Source of the DNA: an uncultured Anaerolineaceae bacterium
GTDB lineage: Bacteria; Chloroflexota; Anaerolineae; Anaerolineales; UBA4823
Direction: 5' to 3'
DNA length: 64,000 bases
Assembly: GCA_964606085.1 (NCBI GenBank)
Contig: CAZSFD010000014.1
Coordinates: forward strand, 3,469-67,468
Shown here: piece by piece, positions 9,757-18,520 of the stretch
Layout of the letters: each line of letters opens with the position of its first letter
Position numbering within the stretch: the stretch's first letter is position 1
Notes under the pieces: model-generated
Told to the model about the DNA's origin: nothing
What the model saw: only the letters and a program-made list of their open reading frames with translations
Database searches by the model: none
Position numbers and translations under genes: made by a program

Positions 9757-10692
9757 CTAATGGGCAGTTTCGACGGCCAGGGCCAACGCCCCGATCAACC
9801 CCACGTCATCACCCAGGGCTGCCGGAACGATGGACAGGCCGTCGGTGTATTGTTCGTTCATGGCATATTCATGCACGGCGGCGCGCAGGGGCGCAAACAG
9901 CAGTTCACCGCTTTGTGAGACGCCCCCGCCAATGATCACGATGGATGGGTTGAAAATAGCCAGGAAATTGGCAATCGCCATCCCCAGGAACTTGCCCGCC
10001 CGCGCCAGGGCGGCGATGGACAGGGCGTCACCCGCTTTGGCCGCGTCAGCCACATCTTTGCCGCTGAATGGGCGGTCGGTTGGCAGGCTGGAAGCAACGC
10101 CAGCCTCCAACTGCTCTTTGGCCCAGCGCGCCAGCCCCGGCCCCGAAGCCAGGGCTTCGAGATGCCCGCGGTGCCCGCAATTGCACAGCGGGCCGTCAGG
10201 CAGGAGTACGACATGACCCAACTCGGCGGCCATGCCGCTCAGTCCTAAGATCAGGTGGTCATCCACAATGACGCCGCCGCCAATCCCCGTGCTGACGGTG
10301 AGATACACCAGGTGGTGGTGACCTTGACCAGCGCCAAACTTCCATTCGCCCAGGGCGGCCAGGTTGGCATCGTTGCCCAGGGCAACTGGCACACCGAAGG
10401 CATCTTGTAAGTGCTGGCGCAGTGGCAGCCCTTCCCATCCGGGGATGTTGGGGGCTTCGATGATGATGCCTGTGTAGGGATTGAGCGGGCCAGGGGCGAT
10501 AGCCGCTATCGCGGCCACCTCGCCATCTTCGGGCCACACCTTGCGCACCGCGGCGATCAGGTTCTCTAAAGGGGTTGCCCCGGCCGCGTGGGTGGCGGTT
10601 TTTTCGACGCTAAGTGGGGTGGTGGCATTTTCTGGATAACAGGCGGCGCGAATTTGTGTGCCGCCGATGTCTATGGCAATGTAGGTTTTCAT
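9757..10692 (-). CDS. ROK family glucokinase
   Basis: Motifs seen: MKTYIAIDIGGTQIR start, GIGGGVIVDD, and the ROK zinc motif CNCGHRGHLEALASG. I use ATG 10692 because the longer ORF (to 10920) overlaps the divergent promoter and yvcK. Confidence 0.85.
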   Translation of the reverse strand: MKTYIAIDIGGTQIRAACYPENATTPLSVEKTATHAAGATPLENLIAAVRKVWPEDGEVAAIAAIAPGPLNPYTGIIIEAPNIPGWEGLPLRQHLQDAFGVPVALGNDANLAALGEWKFGAGQGHHHLVYLTVSTGIGGGVIVDDHLILGLSGMAAELGHVVLLPDGPLCNCGHRGHLEALASGPGLARWAKEQLEAGVASSLPTDRPFSGKDVADAAKAGDALSIAALARAGKFLGMAIANFLAIFNPSIVIIGGGVSQSGELLFAPLRAAVHEYAMNEQYTDGLSIVPAALGDDVGLIGALALAVETAH

Positions 10693-10729
10693 AAGCTTGA
10701 TCTCGTCCCTAAAAGGATTATGCGGCGAT

Positions 10730-10738
10730 AGTATAGCA
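10730..10738 (-). promoter_or_regulatory. Extended -10 TGCTATACT (minus strand) for the ROK kinase gene
   Basis: The complement of agtatagca reads TGCTATACT, about 38 nt upstream of ATG 10692. Confidence 0.4.
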
Positions 10739-10774
10739 CAGCTTTTTGGGTACTCCGTTAAAGAAAGTTTTGCG

Positions 10775-10803
10775 TTGACGTGCGCTTGAAACACTGCTAT
10801 CAT
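10775..10803 (+). promoter_or_regulatory. Sigma-70-type promoter: TTGACG, 17 nt spacer, TGcTATCAT, for yvcK
   Basis: The -35 TTGACG is at 10775-10780, followed by a 17-nt spacer. The -10 TATCAT at 10798-10803 is preceded by TGC. The ATG at 10814 is only 10 nt after the -10 element, which predicts a near-leaderless mRNA. Confidence 0.55.
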
Positions 10804-10813
10804 CCACCTCGCA

Positions 10814-12136
10814 ATGAATATGGTTTTGCGGCGTTTTTTGGGGTGGTTGCGGCGCTCACTGCGTTGGCTGATGCCAGGATTGGGGGTCAAGCGCTGGTTC
10901 TTTTTTGTATTATTTGGCACGATGCTGATCGGATTGGGCCTGGCGGTGATTTTGCTGGATGTTTACCGCTCTGCTCCCGATACCTGGTGGCTGCCGATGC
11001 TTTCGGCGGCCTCGTTGCGTTGGTTGGAGCGCCCCCTGCGGGCGTTGATCTTCGGCGGCCTGGGCATCGGGCTGATCTTGTGGGGCATGTGGGGCTTCAA
11101 CCGCTCGCTGATGGCCCCCTATCGCCGTTCGGGCCGCCCTATGGTAGACGACCTGGCTGCGCATCGGCGGCGTGAACGCGGGCCGCGCATCGTCGTCATT
11201 GGCGGTGGGCATGGGCTTGCTACATTGCTGCGGGGTTTGAAGGGATATACTTACAACATCACCGCGGTTGTCACCGTGGCAGATGACGGCGGGTCATCGG
11301 GCGAATTGCGTCGCACGCTGGGCGTGCTGCCGCCGGGGGATATTCGCAACTGCCTGGCGGCCCTTTCCAGCGATGAGGCGTTGCTCGGCCAGCTCTTCCA
11401 ATATCGCTTTCCTGCTGATGGCAGTGGCCTCGATGGACATTCCTTTGGCAATCTGTTCATCACGGCCCTGGCCGAGATCACCGGCAGTTTCGAGGCGGCG
11501 GTGGCTGAATCGGGGCGGGTGCTTTCGGTGCATGGCCGCGTCCTGCCAGCCACGCTGCACGATGTCCGCCTGGTGGCTGACATCACACTGCCGCACACCG
11601 TGAGTGAAGTGCGCGTGGCTGGTGAAAGCCAAATCCCCGAGGCCAGCGGCATCATCCGCCGGGTTTGGCTGGAGCCAGAAACTCCCCCGGCCTATCCGGG
11701 CGTGATCCAGGCCATTCTCTCAGCAGACTTGATCGTGGTTGGGCCGGGCAGCCTGTATACCAGCATCTTGCCGAACTTACTCGTGCCAGATATCGCCGCG
11801 GCTATCCAAACCAGCCGAGCCGTGAAAATTTACGTTTGCAATGTCGCCACGCAGCCCGGCGAGACGGAAGGCTATTCGTGCGGCGATCATGTCGAGGCCC
11901 TCGAAAAGCATGTTGGCACAGGATTGTTCGATGTCATTCTGGCGAACCGCGATTGCGAATATATCCTTCCTGAAGGCGTGCAATGGGTGTGCAGCGATGA
12001 AGACCTGGAGGCCGATCACATCGTTCACAAAGCCGATCTGGCCGACCCCGAATATCCCTGGCGGCACGATGCCAAGAAATTGGCCCAGGTGTTGATGGAT
12101 TTGCTGCAAGATCGCACCGGGCCTCTGGTAGAATAG
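10814..12136 (+). CDS. yvcK: YvcK/CofD-like gluconeogenesis factor with an N-terminal two-helix membrane extension
   Basis: Motifs seen: [59 protein letters not shown]. The first ~115 aa contain two hydrophobic helices. Confidence 0.85.
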   Translation: MNMVLRRFLGWLRRSLRWLMPGLGVKRWFFFVLFGTMLIGLGLAVILLDVYRSAPDTWWLPMLSAASLRWLERPLRALIFGGLGIGLILWGMWGFNRSLMAPYRRSGRPMVDDLAAHRRRERGPRIVVIGGGHGLATLLRGLKGYTYNITAVVTVADDGGSSGELRRTLGVLPPGDIRNCLAALSSDEALLGQLFQYRFPADGSGLDGHSFGNLFITALAEITGSFEAAVAESGRVLSVHGRVLPATLHDVRLVADITLPHTVSEVRVAGESQIPEASGIIRRVWLEPETPPAYPGVIQAILSADLIVVGPGSLYTSILPNLLVPDIAAAIQTSRAVKIYVCNVATQPGETEGYSCGDHVEALEKHVGTGLFDVILANRDCEYILPEGVQWVCSDEDLEADHIVHKADLADPEYPWRHDAKKLAQVLMDLLQDRTGPLVE

Positions 12137-12215
12137 CGGGCGGTATGCTCATCGTGAATCAAACGGCAACCTGCCGTTATTTGATAAACCATATTTCTTT
12201 TCTGGAGGATTTCCC

Positions 12216-13229
12216 ATGACTGTCAAAATTGGTATCAATGGCTTTGGCCGTATTGGCCGCCTCGTGTTCCGCACGATCCAGGCCCGCGTGGCCGACAAAG
12301 TGGAAGTGGTGGCAATCAACGATCTGTTCGATACCCCCACCAACGCGCACCTGCTCAAGTACGATTCAACCTACGGCGCTTTCGATGGCAAAGTGGAAGT
12401 GGCTGAGAACAACGACCTGATCGTGGACGGCAAGCGCATCAAAATCACCGCCGAACGCGACCTGAACGCCATCAAGTGGGCCGAGATGGGCGTGGACATC
12501 GTGATCGAATCCACCGGCCTGTTCACCGACGCCACCAAATCACGCGGTCACGCCACTTCTGGCGGGGCCAAGAAGGTCATCATCTCCGCCCCGGCGAAGA
12601 ACGAAGACATCACCATCGTCCTCGGCGTCAACAGCGACAAGTACGACCCCGCCGCTCACCAGGTTATTTCCAACGCCTCCTGCACCACCAACGGCCTGGC
12701 CCCCGTCGCCAAAGTCCTCAACGACAAATTCGGCATTGACCGCGGCCTGCTGACCACCGTCCACGCTTACACCAACACCCAGAAGCTGCAAGATGTCGGC
12801 GCTAAAGACCTGCGCGATGCCCGCGCCGCCGCCCAGAACATCGTCCCCTCCGAAACCGGCGCCGCCAAGGCCGTCGGCCTGGTCATTCCCGAACTGAAGG
12901 GCAAATTCGGCGGCATGGCCTTCCGCGTCCCCACCCCCACCGTCTCGGTTGTAGATTTCACTGCTATCTTGAACAAGGAAGCCTCGAAGGATGAAATCCG
13001 CGCCGCCATGCTCGAATATGCCGCCGGCCCGATGCAAGGCATCCTCGACGTGACCGACGAACCGCTCGTCTCCACCGACCTGCGCGGCACCACCTTCTCC
13101 TCCGTTTACAGCGCCATGGACACCCTCGTCCTCGGCAACCTGGTCAAAGTCGTGGCCTGGTACGACAACGAATGGGGCTACGCCTGCCGCCTGGCCGATC
13201 TGACCGCCATGGTCGCCAGCAAACTCTAA
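12216..13229 (+). CDS. gap: Glyceraldehyde-3-phosphate dehydrogenase
   Basis: Motifs seen: [34 protein letters not shown] lies upstream of the ATG. Confidence 0.95.
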   Translation: MTVKIGINGFGRIGRLVFRTIQARVADKVEVVAINDLFDTPTNAHLLKYDSTYGAFDGKVEVAENNDLIVDGKRIKITAERDLNAIKWAEMGVDIVIESTGLFTDATKSRGHATSGGAKKVIISAPAKNEDITIVLGVNSDKYDPAAHQVISNASCTTNGLAPVAKVLNDKFGIDRGLLTTVHAYTNTQKLQDVGAKDLRDARAAAQNIVPSETGAAKAVGLVIPELKGKFGGMAFRVPTPTVSVVDFTAILNKEASKDEIRAAMLEYAAGPMQGILDVTDEPLVSTDLRGTTFSSVYSAMDTLVLGNLVKVVAWYDNEWGYACRLADLTAMVASKL

Positions 13230-13238
13230 AGATATTGT

Positions 13239-13305
13239 GGATTGCTGATTGTTGATTGCTGATTTTCTCGGCAATCAGCAGTCAGCAATCACAAATCAGA
13301 AATCC
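13239..13305. repeat. Heptamer-repeat imperfect hairpin filling the gap-pgk spacer
   Basis: The left arm GGATTGCTGATTGTTGATTGCTGATT (13239-13264) is built from GATTGYT heptamers. The right arm AATCAGCAGTCAGCAATCACAAATCAGAAATCC (13273-13305) is its imperfect complement with one extra heptamer. The element ends 5 nt before the pgk ATG. Confidence 0.8.
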
Positions 13306-13310
13306 ATAAC

Positions 13311-14483
13311 ATGAACAAAAAAACCGTCCGCGACATAGATTTGAAAGGCAAGCGCGTGCTGATGCGGGTGGACTTCAACGTCCCCATGGCCGATGGCGTG
13401 GTGACGGATGACAAACGCATCAAGGCCGCTCTGCCCACCATCCAATATGTGCTGGAACAGGGCGCTTCGCTGCTGCTCGCCAGCCACCTCGGTCGTCCGA
13501 AAGGCGGCCCCGATCCTGAGTTCAGCCTCAAGGCCGCTTCCGAAGCCCTGGCGAAACTGCTGGGCAAACCCGTGCAGATGGCTCCTGATTGCGTTGGCCC
13601 AGACGTGGAAGCACTGGCGAAAGTGCTGCAACCCGGCGACGTGTTGATGCTCGAAAACACCCGTTTCCACGCTGGCGAAGAAAAGAACGACCTCGAACTG
13701 GCCCGGCAAATGGCCGCCCTGGCCGAAGTCTACGTCAACGATGCCTTCGGCTCGGCGCACCGGGCGCACGCTTCCACGGAGGGTGTGGCGCGCTTCCTGC
13801 CGGCTGTCTCCGGTTTCCTGATGGAACAGGAACTCGAATACCTTGGCCGGGCTGTTTCCAACCCCGAACATCCCTACATCGCCATCCTGGGCGGGGCCAA
13901 GATCAGCGACAAAATCCTGGTCGTCGAAACCCTGCTGTCTAAATGCGATAAACTGATCATCGGCGGCGGCATGGCCAATACCTTCCTGGCCGCGCAAGGG
14001 CTGAACATGCAAGACAGCCTCGTCGAAGCAGCCTCCATCGAAACCGCCACAGCCCTGCTGGCCAAATCAGCCGACAAACTGGTGCTGCCCGTAGATGCCG
14101 TCATTGCCGACAAATTCGACGCCGAAGCCAATAGCCAGGTGGTGGCCGTAGACGCCATCCCCGCTGGCTGGCGTATGCTCGATGTCGGCCCGCAGACACT
14201 CGAACTGTATGCCGCGACGCTCCAGGATGCCAAACTGGTCGTGTGGAACGGCCCGGTGGGTGTCTTTGAAATGCCCAGGTTTGCCGAAGGCACCTTTGCT
14301 CTGGCGAAACTGCTGGCTGCCTCTGGCGCAACCACCGTCATAGGCGGCGGTGATAGCGCCAGCGCCGTCAAGAAGGCCGGCGTGGCCAAGCAGATGACGC
14401 ATGTCTCCACGGGCGGCGGCGCTTCCCTCGAATTCCTCGAGGGGAAAGAACTGCCCGGCGTGGCGGCGCTGCTGGATAAATAG
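13311..14483 (+). CDS. pgk: Phosphoglycerate kinase
   Basis: Motifs seen: [35 protein letters not shown]. Confidence 0.95.
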   Translation: MNKKTVRDIDLKGKRVLMRVDFNVPMADGVVTDDKRIKAALPTIQYVLEQGASLLLASHLGRPKGGPDPEFSLKAASEALAKLLGKPVQMAPDCVGPDVEALAKVLQPGDVLMLENTRFHAGEEKNDLELARQMAALAEVYVNDAFGSAHRAHASTEGVARFLPAVSGFLMEQELEYLGRAVSNPEHPYIAILGGAKISDKILVVETLLSKCDKLIIGGGMANTFLAAQGLNMQDSLVEAASIETATALLAKSADKLVLPVDAVIADKFDAEANSQVVAVDAIPAGWRMLDVGPQTLELYAATLQDAKLVVWNGPVGVFEMPRFAEGTFALAKLLAASGATTVIGGGDSASAVKKAGVAKQMTHVSTGGGASLEFLEGKELPGVAALLDK

Positions 14484-14495
14484 TTGCACGAAACG

Positions 14496-14540
14496 AGAAA
14501 TGAGAAACGAGTACCTCAACCGTACTCGTTTCTCATTTCT
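14496..14540 (+). promoter_or_regulatory. Perfect 19-bp stem-loop between pgk and tpiA, built from GAAAYGA heptamers
   Basis: AGAAATGAGAAACGAGTAC (14496-14514) pairs perfectly with GTACTCGTTTCTCATTTCT (14522-14540) across a 7-nt loop. It lies between the pgk stop (14483) and the tpiA ATG (14565). Confidence 0.8.
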
Positions 14541-14564
14541 TATATCTACTTTTTGGAGACCCTC

Positions 14565-15323
14565 ATGCGAACCCCTCTTGTTGCTGGAAACTGGAAAATG
14601 TACAAGACCGTGGCCGAAGCCCGTCACCTGGTGTCGGAGTTGGTGCCTGGTTTGCAATCTATCGGCGGTGTCGAAAAGGTGCTTTGCCCCCCCGCCACCG
14701 ACCTGATGGCTGTAGCCGCCCTGCTCGAAGGGACTGAAATTGGCCTCGGCGCGCAAAATATGCACTGGGAAGCCGCTGGCGCATTTACGGGTGAAATTTC
14801 ACCGGCGATGGTGGCTGAATTGTGCAAATACGTGATCCTGGGCCATTCCGAGCGCCGTCAATACTTCGCCGAAACCGATACTACGGTCAACCGCAAAGTG
14901 CGCGCCGCCCTCGAAGTTGGCCTGATCCCCATCGTCTGCGTTGGCGAAACGCTGGCCGAATATGAAGCCGAGCGCACCGCCGAAGTGGTTGGCCGCCAGA
15001 TCAAACTCGGCCTGGCTGGTATCGAATTGACCGCCGATGCAGCCGCTTCGCTGGTCATCGCTTATGAGCCGGTTTGGGCCATTGGCACCGGGCGCGCTGC
15101 CACATCCCAGGGCGCCAATGCCGTCATCGCCGATATTCGCAGCATTTTGGCGGAACTTTTTGGCGCTGAAACGGCCCAGGGCGTGCGCATCCTTTATGGT
15201 GGTTCGGTCAAACCCGATAATGCCGCCGAGTATTTCAACCAGCCCGATATTGACGGGGCGCTGGTAGGCGGGGCCAGCCTGAAGGTGGCCGATTTTGTCG
15301 CCATCACCCAGGCTGCCGGTTGA
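14565..15323 (+). CDS. tpiA: Triosephosphate isomerase
   Basis: Motifs seen: MRTPLVAGNWKM start with GGAGAC upstream, ILGHSERR, AYEPVWAIGTG. The track start at 14484 lies inside the hairpin spacer. Confidence 0.95.
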   Translation: MRTPLVAGNWKMYKTVAEARHLVSELVPGLQSIGGVEKVLCPPATDLMAVAALLEGTEIGLGAQNMHWEAAGAFTGEISPAMVAELCKYVILGHSERRQYFAETDTTVNRKVRAALEVGLIPIVCVGETLAEYEAERTAEVVGRQIKLGLAGIELTADAAASLVIAYEPVWAIGTGRAATSQGANAVIADIRSILAELFGAETAQGVRILYGGSVKPDNAAEYFNQPDIDGALVGGASLKVADFVAITQAAG

Positions 15324-15329
15324 TTTTTT

Positions 15330-16100
15330 CTATCCTGCTGATCGCACCAGGTAAATTACCCCAATCACCACCCCAATTCCCACCACCAGCCACCGCAAGG
15401 TGGCTGGTTTGATTCTGCCCGCCAGCCTGCCGCCCAACATCCCGCCCGCCAGCGCCCCCACGGCCATCACCAGCGCCACCGGCCAGTTCACCAGCCCCGA
15501 AAAAGCGAAGAATACCGCCGCCGTCACATTGGCGCTGAACGAAATGGACTGCTTGATGGCGTTCAGGCGGGTCAGGTTGTCATTTACCACCAGGCCGAGC
15601 ACCGCCAAAATAATCACGCTTAACCCGGCCCCAAAATAACCGCCATAGACTGCCGCCAGACCTACCGGCAGCACCGCCCAGCTTTCAGAAGAGGCTTTTT
15701 TGCCCGCCTGCGCGCGTTGGGTCAGCCAGGCCTTCACCGGGTCCTGAACTGCCAGCAGCGCCGAAGCCGCCAAAATCAGATACGGCACCAGATCGCTGAA
15801 CAGTTTCTCGCTGGTGACGCGCAGCAACAGCGCCCCGATCAGCCCGCCCACGGCCCCAGCCGGGATGAATAACCACAGCCTCGAACGCTGCCCTTGCAAA
15901 TCCTTCTTCTGGCCGATAATGCCGCCCAGGTAGCCGGGCAGCAGCGCCACGGTGTTGGTCATATTGGAATTGACAGCCGGCATCCCCATCGCCATCAGCG
16001 TGGGAAACGTGATCAGCGTGCCGCCGCCCGCCAGGGCGTTCACCAGCCCCGCACCAACCGCAGCCAGGGCAACCAGGATGTATTGGTACCATTCAAGCAT
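15330..16100 (-). CDS. TauE/SafE family anion exporter (polytopic membrane protein)
   Basis: About 8 hydrophobic helices. LAGGGTLITFP and LAGGMLGGRL resemble the duplicated TauE motif. Confidence 0.75.
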   Translation of the reverse strand: MLEWYQYILVALAAVGAGLVNALAGGGTLITFPTLMAMGMPAVNSNMTNTVALLPGYLGGIIGQKKDLQGQRSRLWLFIPAGAVGGLIGALLLRVTSEKLFSDLVPYLILAASALLAVQDPVKAWLTQRAQAGKKASSESWAVLPVGLAAVYGGYFGAGLSVIILAVLGLVVNDNLTRLNAIKQSISFSANVTAAVFFAFSGLVNWPVALVMAVGALAGGMLGGRLAGRIKPATLRWLVVGIGVVIGVIYLVRSAG

Positions 16101-16128
16101 GATGTTCTCCTAAGGAGTTTAAACCCGC

Positions 16129-17430
16129 TCAAGCAGGTTTCCAAAGCTTTGCCAGCGGCCCTTCCACCTCGCAGCCCAGCGCCGCTGCCAGCAGTTCCAC
16201 CGGGTGAACCGCCGGGATGCCCGTGGCGTGGGTGATCTGCCAGCGGCAGGTTTCGCTGTCGCAGATTGCCAACGGTGCGCCCGATGCCTTCACCCACTCG
16301 AACAGCGGGTCGCCTACGGCCATCGCAATGTCGTATTTTTCCACTTTATACCCATACGTCCCGGCGATGCCGCAGCAGGCGTGGCCGCCATCTGCCACCG
16401 TCAGGCCAGGGATCAGGTTCAGCACGTCTAGCCCCGGTTTGCCGATGCGGTGGGCGCGGTATTGGCAGGGGATGTGGTAGGGCAGGGGGGGCAGGTTTGC
16501 CGGTTGCAGGTTGGTAAGTGGCAGGGCGCAGGTGGCAAAGATCGGCAGGATGAATTCGTTGAAATCGTAGGTAGATTGGGCGACGAGGGCGGTGTCATCA
16601 TCGTGCATATCGAGCAGTTCGGGCGCTTCTTCCTTCAGGGTCAACGTGCAACTGGTGGACGTGCCGACGATGGGGATGCCCTGCCGGGCGTACGCCACCA
16701 ACGAGCGCACATTGCTCTCGTGATATTTGCGCGCCGCCGGAAATTCGCCGTTCGAGAGCAGCGGCAGCCCGCAGCAATTTTGGCGCGGGATGATCACCTC
16801 GAAGCCGAGCGCCTCCAGCACACGCACTGCCGCCTTGCCCACCCGCGGCTCGTAATACTGCGTGGAGCAGCCGTGGAAGTAAACGACCGATTTTTGATGG
16901 CTGATTGTTGAGGGCTGATTTTGGTGGTGGGCAAACCACCTCGTAAATTTCTCGCTCGAAAACGGCGGAAAGGGGGCTGCGTGGTGGATGCCGATGGTTT
17001 TCTCGGCCATCCAGCGCACCGGCTTCAGGCCCATCACCAGGTTGCCCAGCGGCGCCACCGGCTGCGCCACGGCCCCCAGCGTGGCCGCCCGCGCCACCAG
17101 GTTGTTGCGCAGACGTTTGAGCGGCGGCACTTTGCCCTGTTGCACCAGGTCGCCGCGCGCCCGCGCATTCATCTCAGCGATCTTCACCCCCGTCGGGCAG
17201 ATCATATTGCACACCCGGCAGCCGGAGCAGTAATCTACCGATGCGTCGGGCGTGGGCTGGCCGGGTTGGCGGAAGCGCCCTGCCTGCGGCCCGGCGTACT
17301 TGGGGCCGGGGAACAGGTCTGTGACCGCCATCACCGGGCAGGCGGTGGTGCAGATATTACATTTGAGACATTGATCGAGGGATTGTTCGACAGGAAATGG
17401 GTGCATGGGTTTGTGTGGCGCAAAATTCAT
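16129..17430 (-). CDS. GlpC-like (Fe-S) oxidoreductase with two 4Fe-4S motifs and two CCG domains
   Basis: Motifs seen: CLKCNICTTACP, CSGCRVCNMICP, FHGC..NCCGLP, CCGIAGTYG, CDSETCRWQI. The protein appears collinear with E. coli GlpC as recalled from memory (no alignment run). The start at ATG 17430 forms an ATGA overlap with the upstream membrane-protein gene; the 565-aa track ORF is an over-extension. Confidence 0.85.
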   Translation of the reverse strand: MNFAPHKPMHPFPVEQSLDQCLKCNICTTACPVMAVTDLFPGPKYAGPQAGRFRQPGQPTPDASVDYCSGCRVCNMICPTGVKIAEMNARARGDLVQQGKVPPLKRLRNNLVARAATLGAVAQPVAPLGNLVMGLKPVRWMAEKTIGIHHAAPFPPFSSEKFTRWFAHHQNQPSTISHQKSVVYFHGCSTQYYEPRVGKAAVRVLEALGFEVIIPRQNCCGLPLLSNGEFPAARKYHESNVRSLVAYARQGIPIVGTSTSCTLTLKEEAPELLDMHDDDTALVAQSTYDFNEFILPIFATCALPLTNLQPANLPPLPYHIPCQYRAHRIGKPGLDVLNLIPGLTVADGGHACCGIAGTYGYKVEKYDIAMAVGDPLFEWVKASGAPLAICDSETCRWQITHATGIPAVHPVELLAAALGCEVEGPLAKLWKPA

Positions 17431-18215
17431 TTTGCGTTTGGAAGGTTGCCGATGGCCGTGGCCATGATGACAAGAAAAATGACGCCCGAAAGTATGCGCG
17501 CCCACAACGGACGATGGCTCATCCATTCTTCGGCAGTGGTCAGGGCGTTGGCCGCTGGATAGATCATGCAAAAGAATACCACAGCCCCGAAATATTCCAT
17601 GACGGCGCTTTGGGGTGTACGGGCCTGGAAGGGTGTGCTTGCTGCCAATCCTTCCCAGATGATGGTGTAGGTGGTCACGCTGAAGACCGCCAGGGTGATG
17701 TCGGCCAACCATTCGACCGTCATGGGGTACTTTTCGCCGATACGCAGCCACGCCGGGCGGTGAATCTGTCCCATCCAGGGGAAGAGCGCCATCGGCATCA
17801 GCCCGGCGTTGAGCACGAACATGCAAAACAGGTAGGCAAAACCGAGCAGACCCTTGAACAGCGAGAGTTCGCCGCGGATGTCAATGCCAAAGGCTTGCAG
17901 GGTGGCCCAGCTGGCAAGCGGTGAAACCAGCCCCACATAGCACATCACCATCACGAAGGTAACGAAAATCCCAACACCAGGTGAAATCTGGCTGGCGTTA
18001 CCTGGGGTGTGGCGCGCCAGGCGTTCCTGTACGAATGGCGCTTTGTAGAGGATGGCGAACAAATTCAACACCTGGATGAGTGCCAGCGCCAGGCCTAACA
18101 AAGGGTCTGGATGCTCCCGGGTCTGGCGTAGGCTTGCCAACATGATTGGTTGTACCCACACAAAGTAGGCCAACTCACCCAGGCTGATGAAAATGGAGCG
18201 CAGATGTAAGATCAT
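17427..18215 (-). CDS. Uncharacterised polytopic membrane protein, translationally coupled to the GlpC-like gene
   Basis: 262 aa with about 6-7 hydrophobic helices and no motif I recognise. Its stop overlaps the downstream start (ATGA). Confidence 0.55.
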   Translation of the reverse strand: MILHLRSIFISLGELAYFVWVQPIMLASLRQTREHPDPLLGLALALIQVLNLFAILYKAPFVQERLARHTPGNASQISPGVGIFVTFVMVMCYVGLVSPLASWATLQAFGIDIRGELSLFKGLLGFAYLFCMFVLNAGLMPMALFPWMGQIHRPAWLRIGEKYPMTVEWLADITLAVFSVTTYTIIWEGLAASTPFQARTPQSAVMEYFGAVVFFCMIYPAANALTTAEEWMSHRPLWARILSGVIFLVIMATAIGNLPNAK

Positions 18216-18479
18216 TGGTAATCTTTCAGGGGGGTAGCGTTTTGATGAATGTTAACAAACTTCTGGTAATTTGCTACTGTGGATCATAGCGCGGCTTCCA
18301 GCCGCCGCCAAAACCTGACTTCCCGTGGATAGAAGAGAAACCCGGAATTGGTAAAGTATGCGTGGGTTCATCTTTCATCCACGGGAGATTAGCATTTATG
18401 CGAATGATGCAATGATGAGCGGCAGCATCATAATCTTCGCGGTTGTGATAGTTTTCAAAGAGCAATGCTATACCGCTGG

Positions 18480-18488
18480 ATTGTATCA
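18480..18488 (-). promoter_or_regulatory. Extended -10 TGATACAAT (minus strand) about 265 nt upstream of the membrane-protein gene
   Basis: The complement of attgtatca reads TGATACAAT. The same 9-mer occurs at 37781-37789. A second weaker candidate, TGTTAACAT, lies at 18249-18257. Confidence 0.35.
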
Positions 18489-18520
18489 CTTGACCGTTGG
18501 GATGTCGGGTATGAACAAAC

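Noticed and set aside
17431-17826. 565-aa version of the GlpC-like ORF
   Set aside because: The extension overlaps the upstream membrane-protein gene in another frame and is Arg/His-rich. The GlpC homology starts at MNFAPHK (ATG 17430) with an ATGA coupling.
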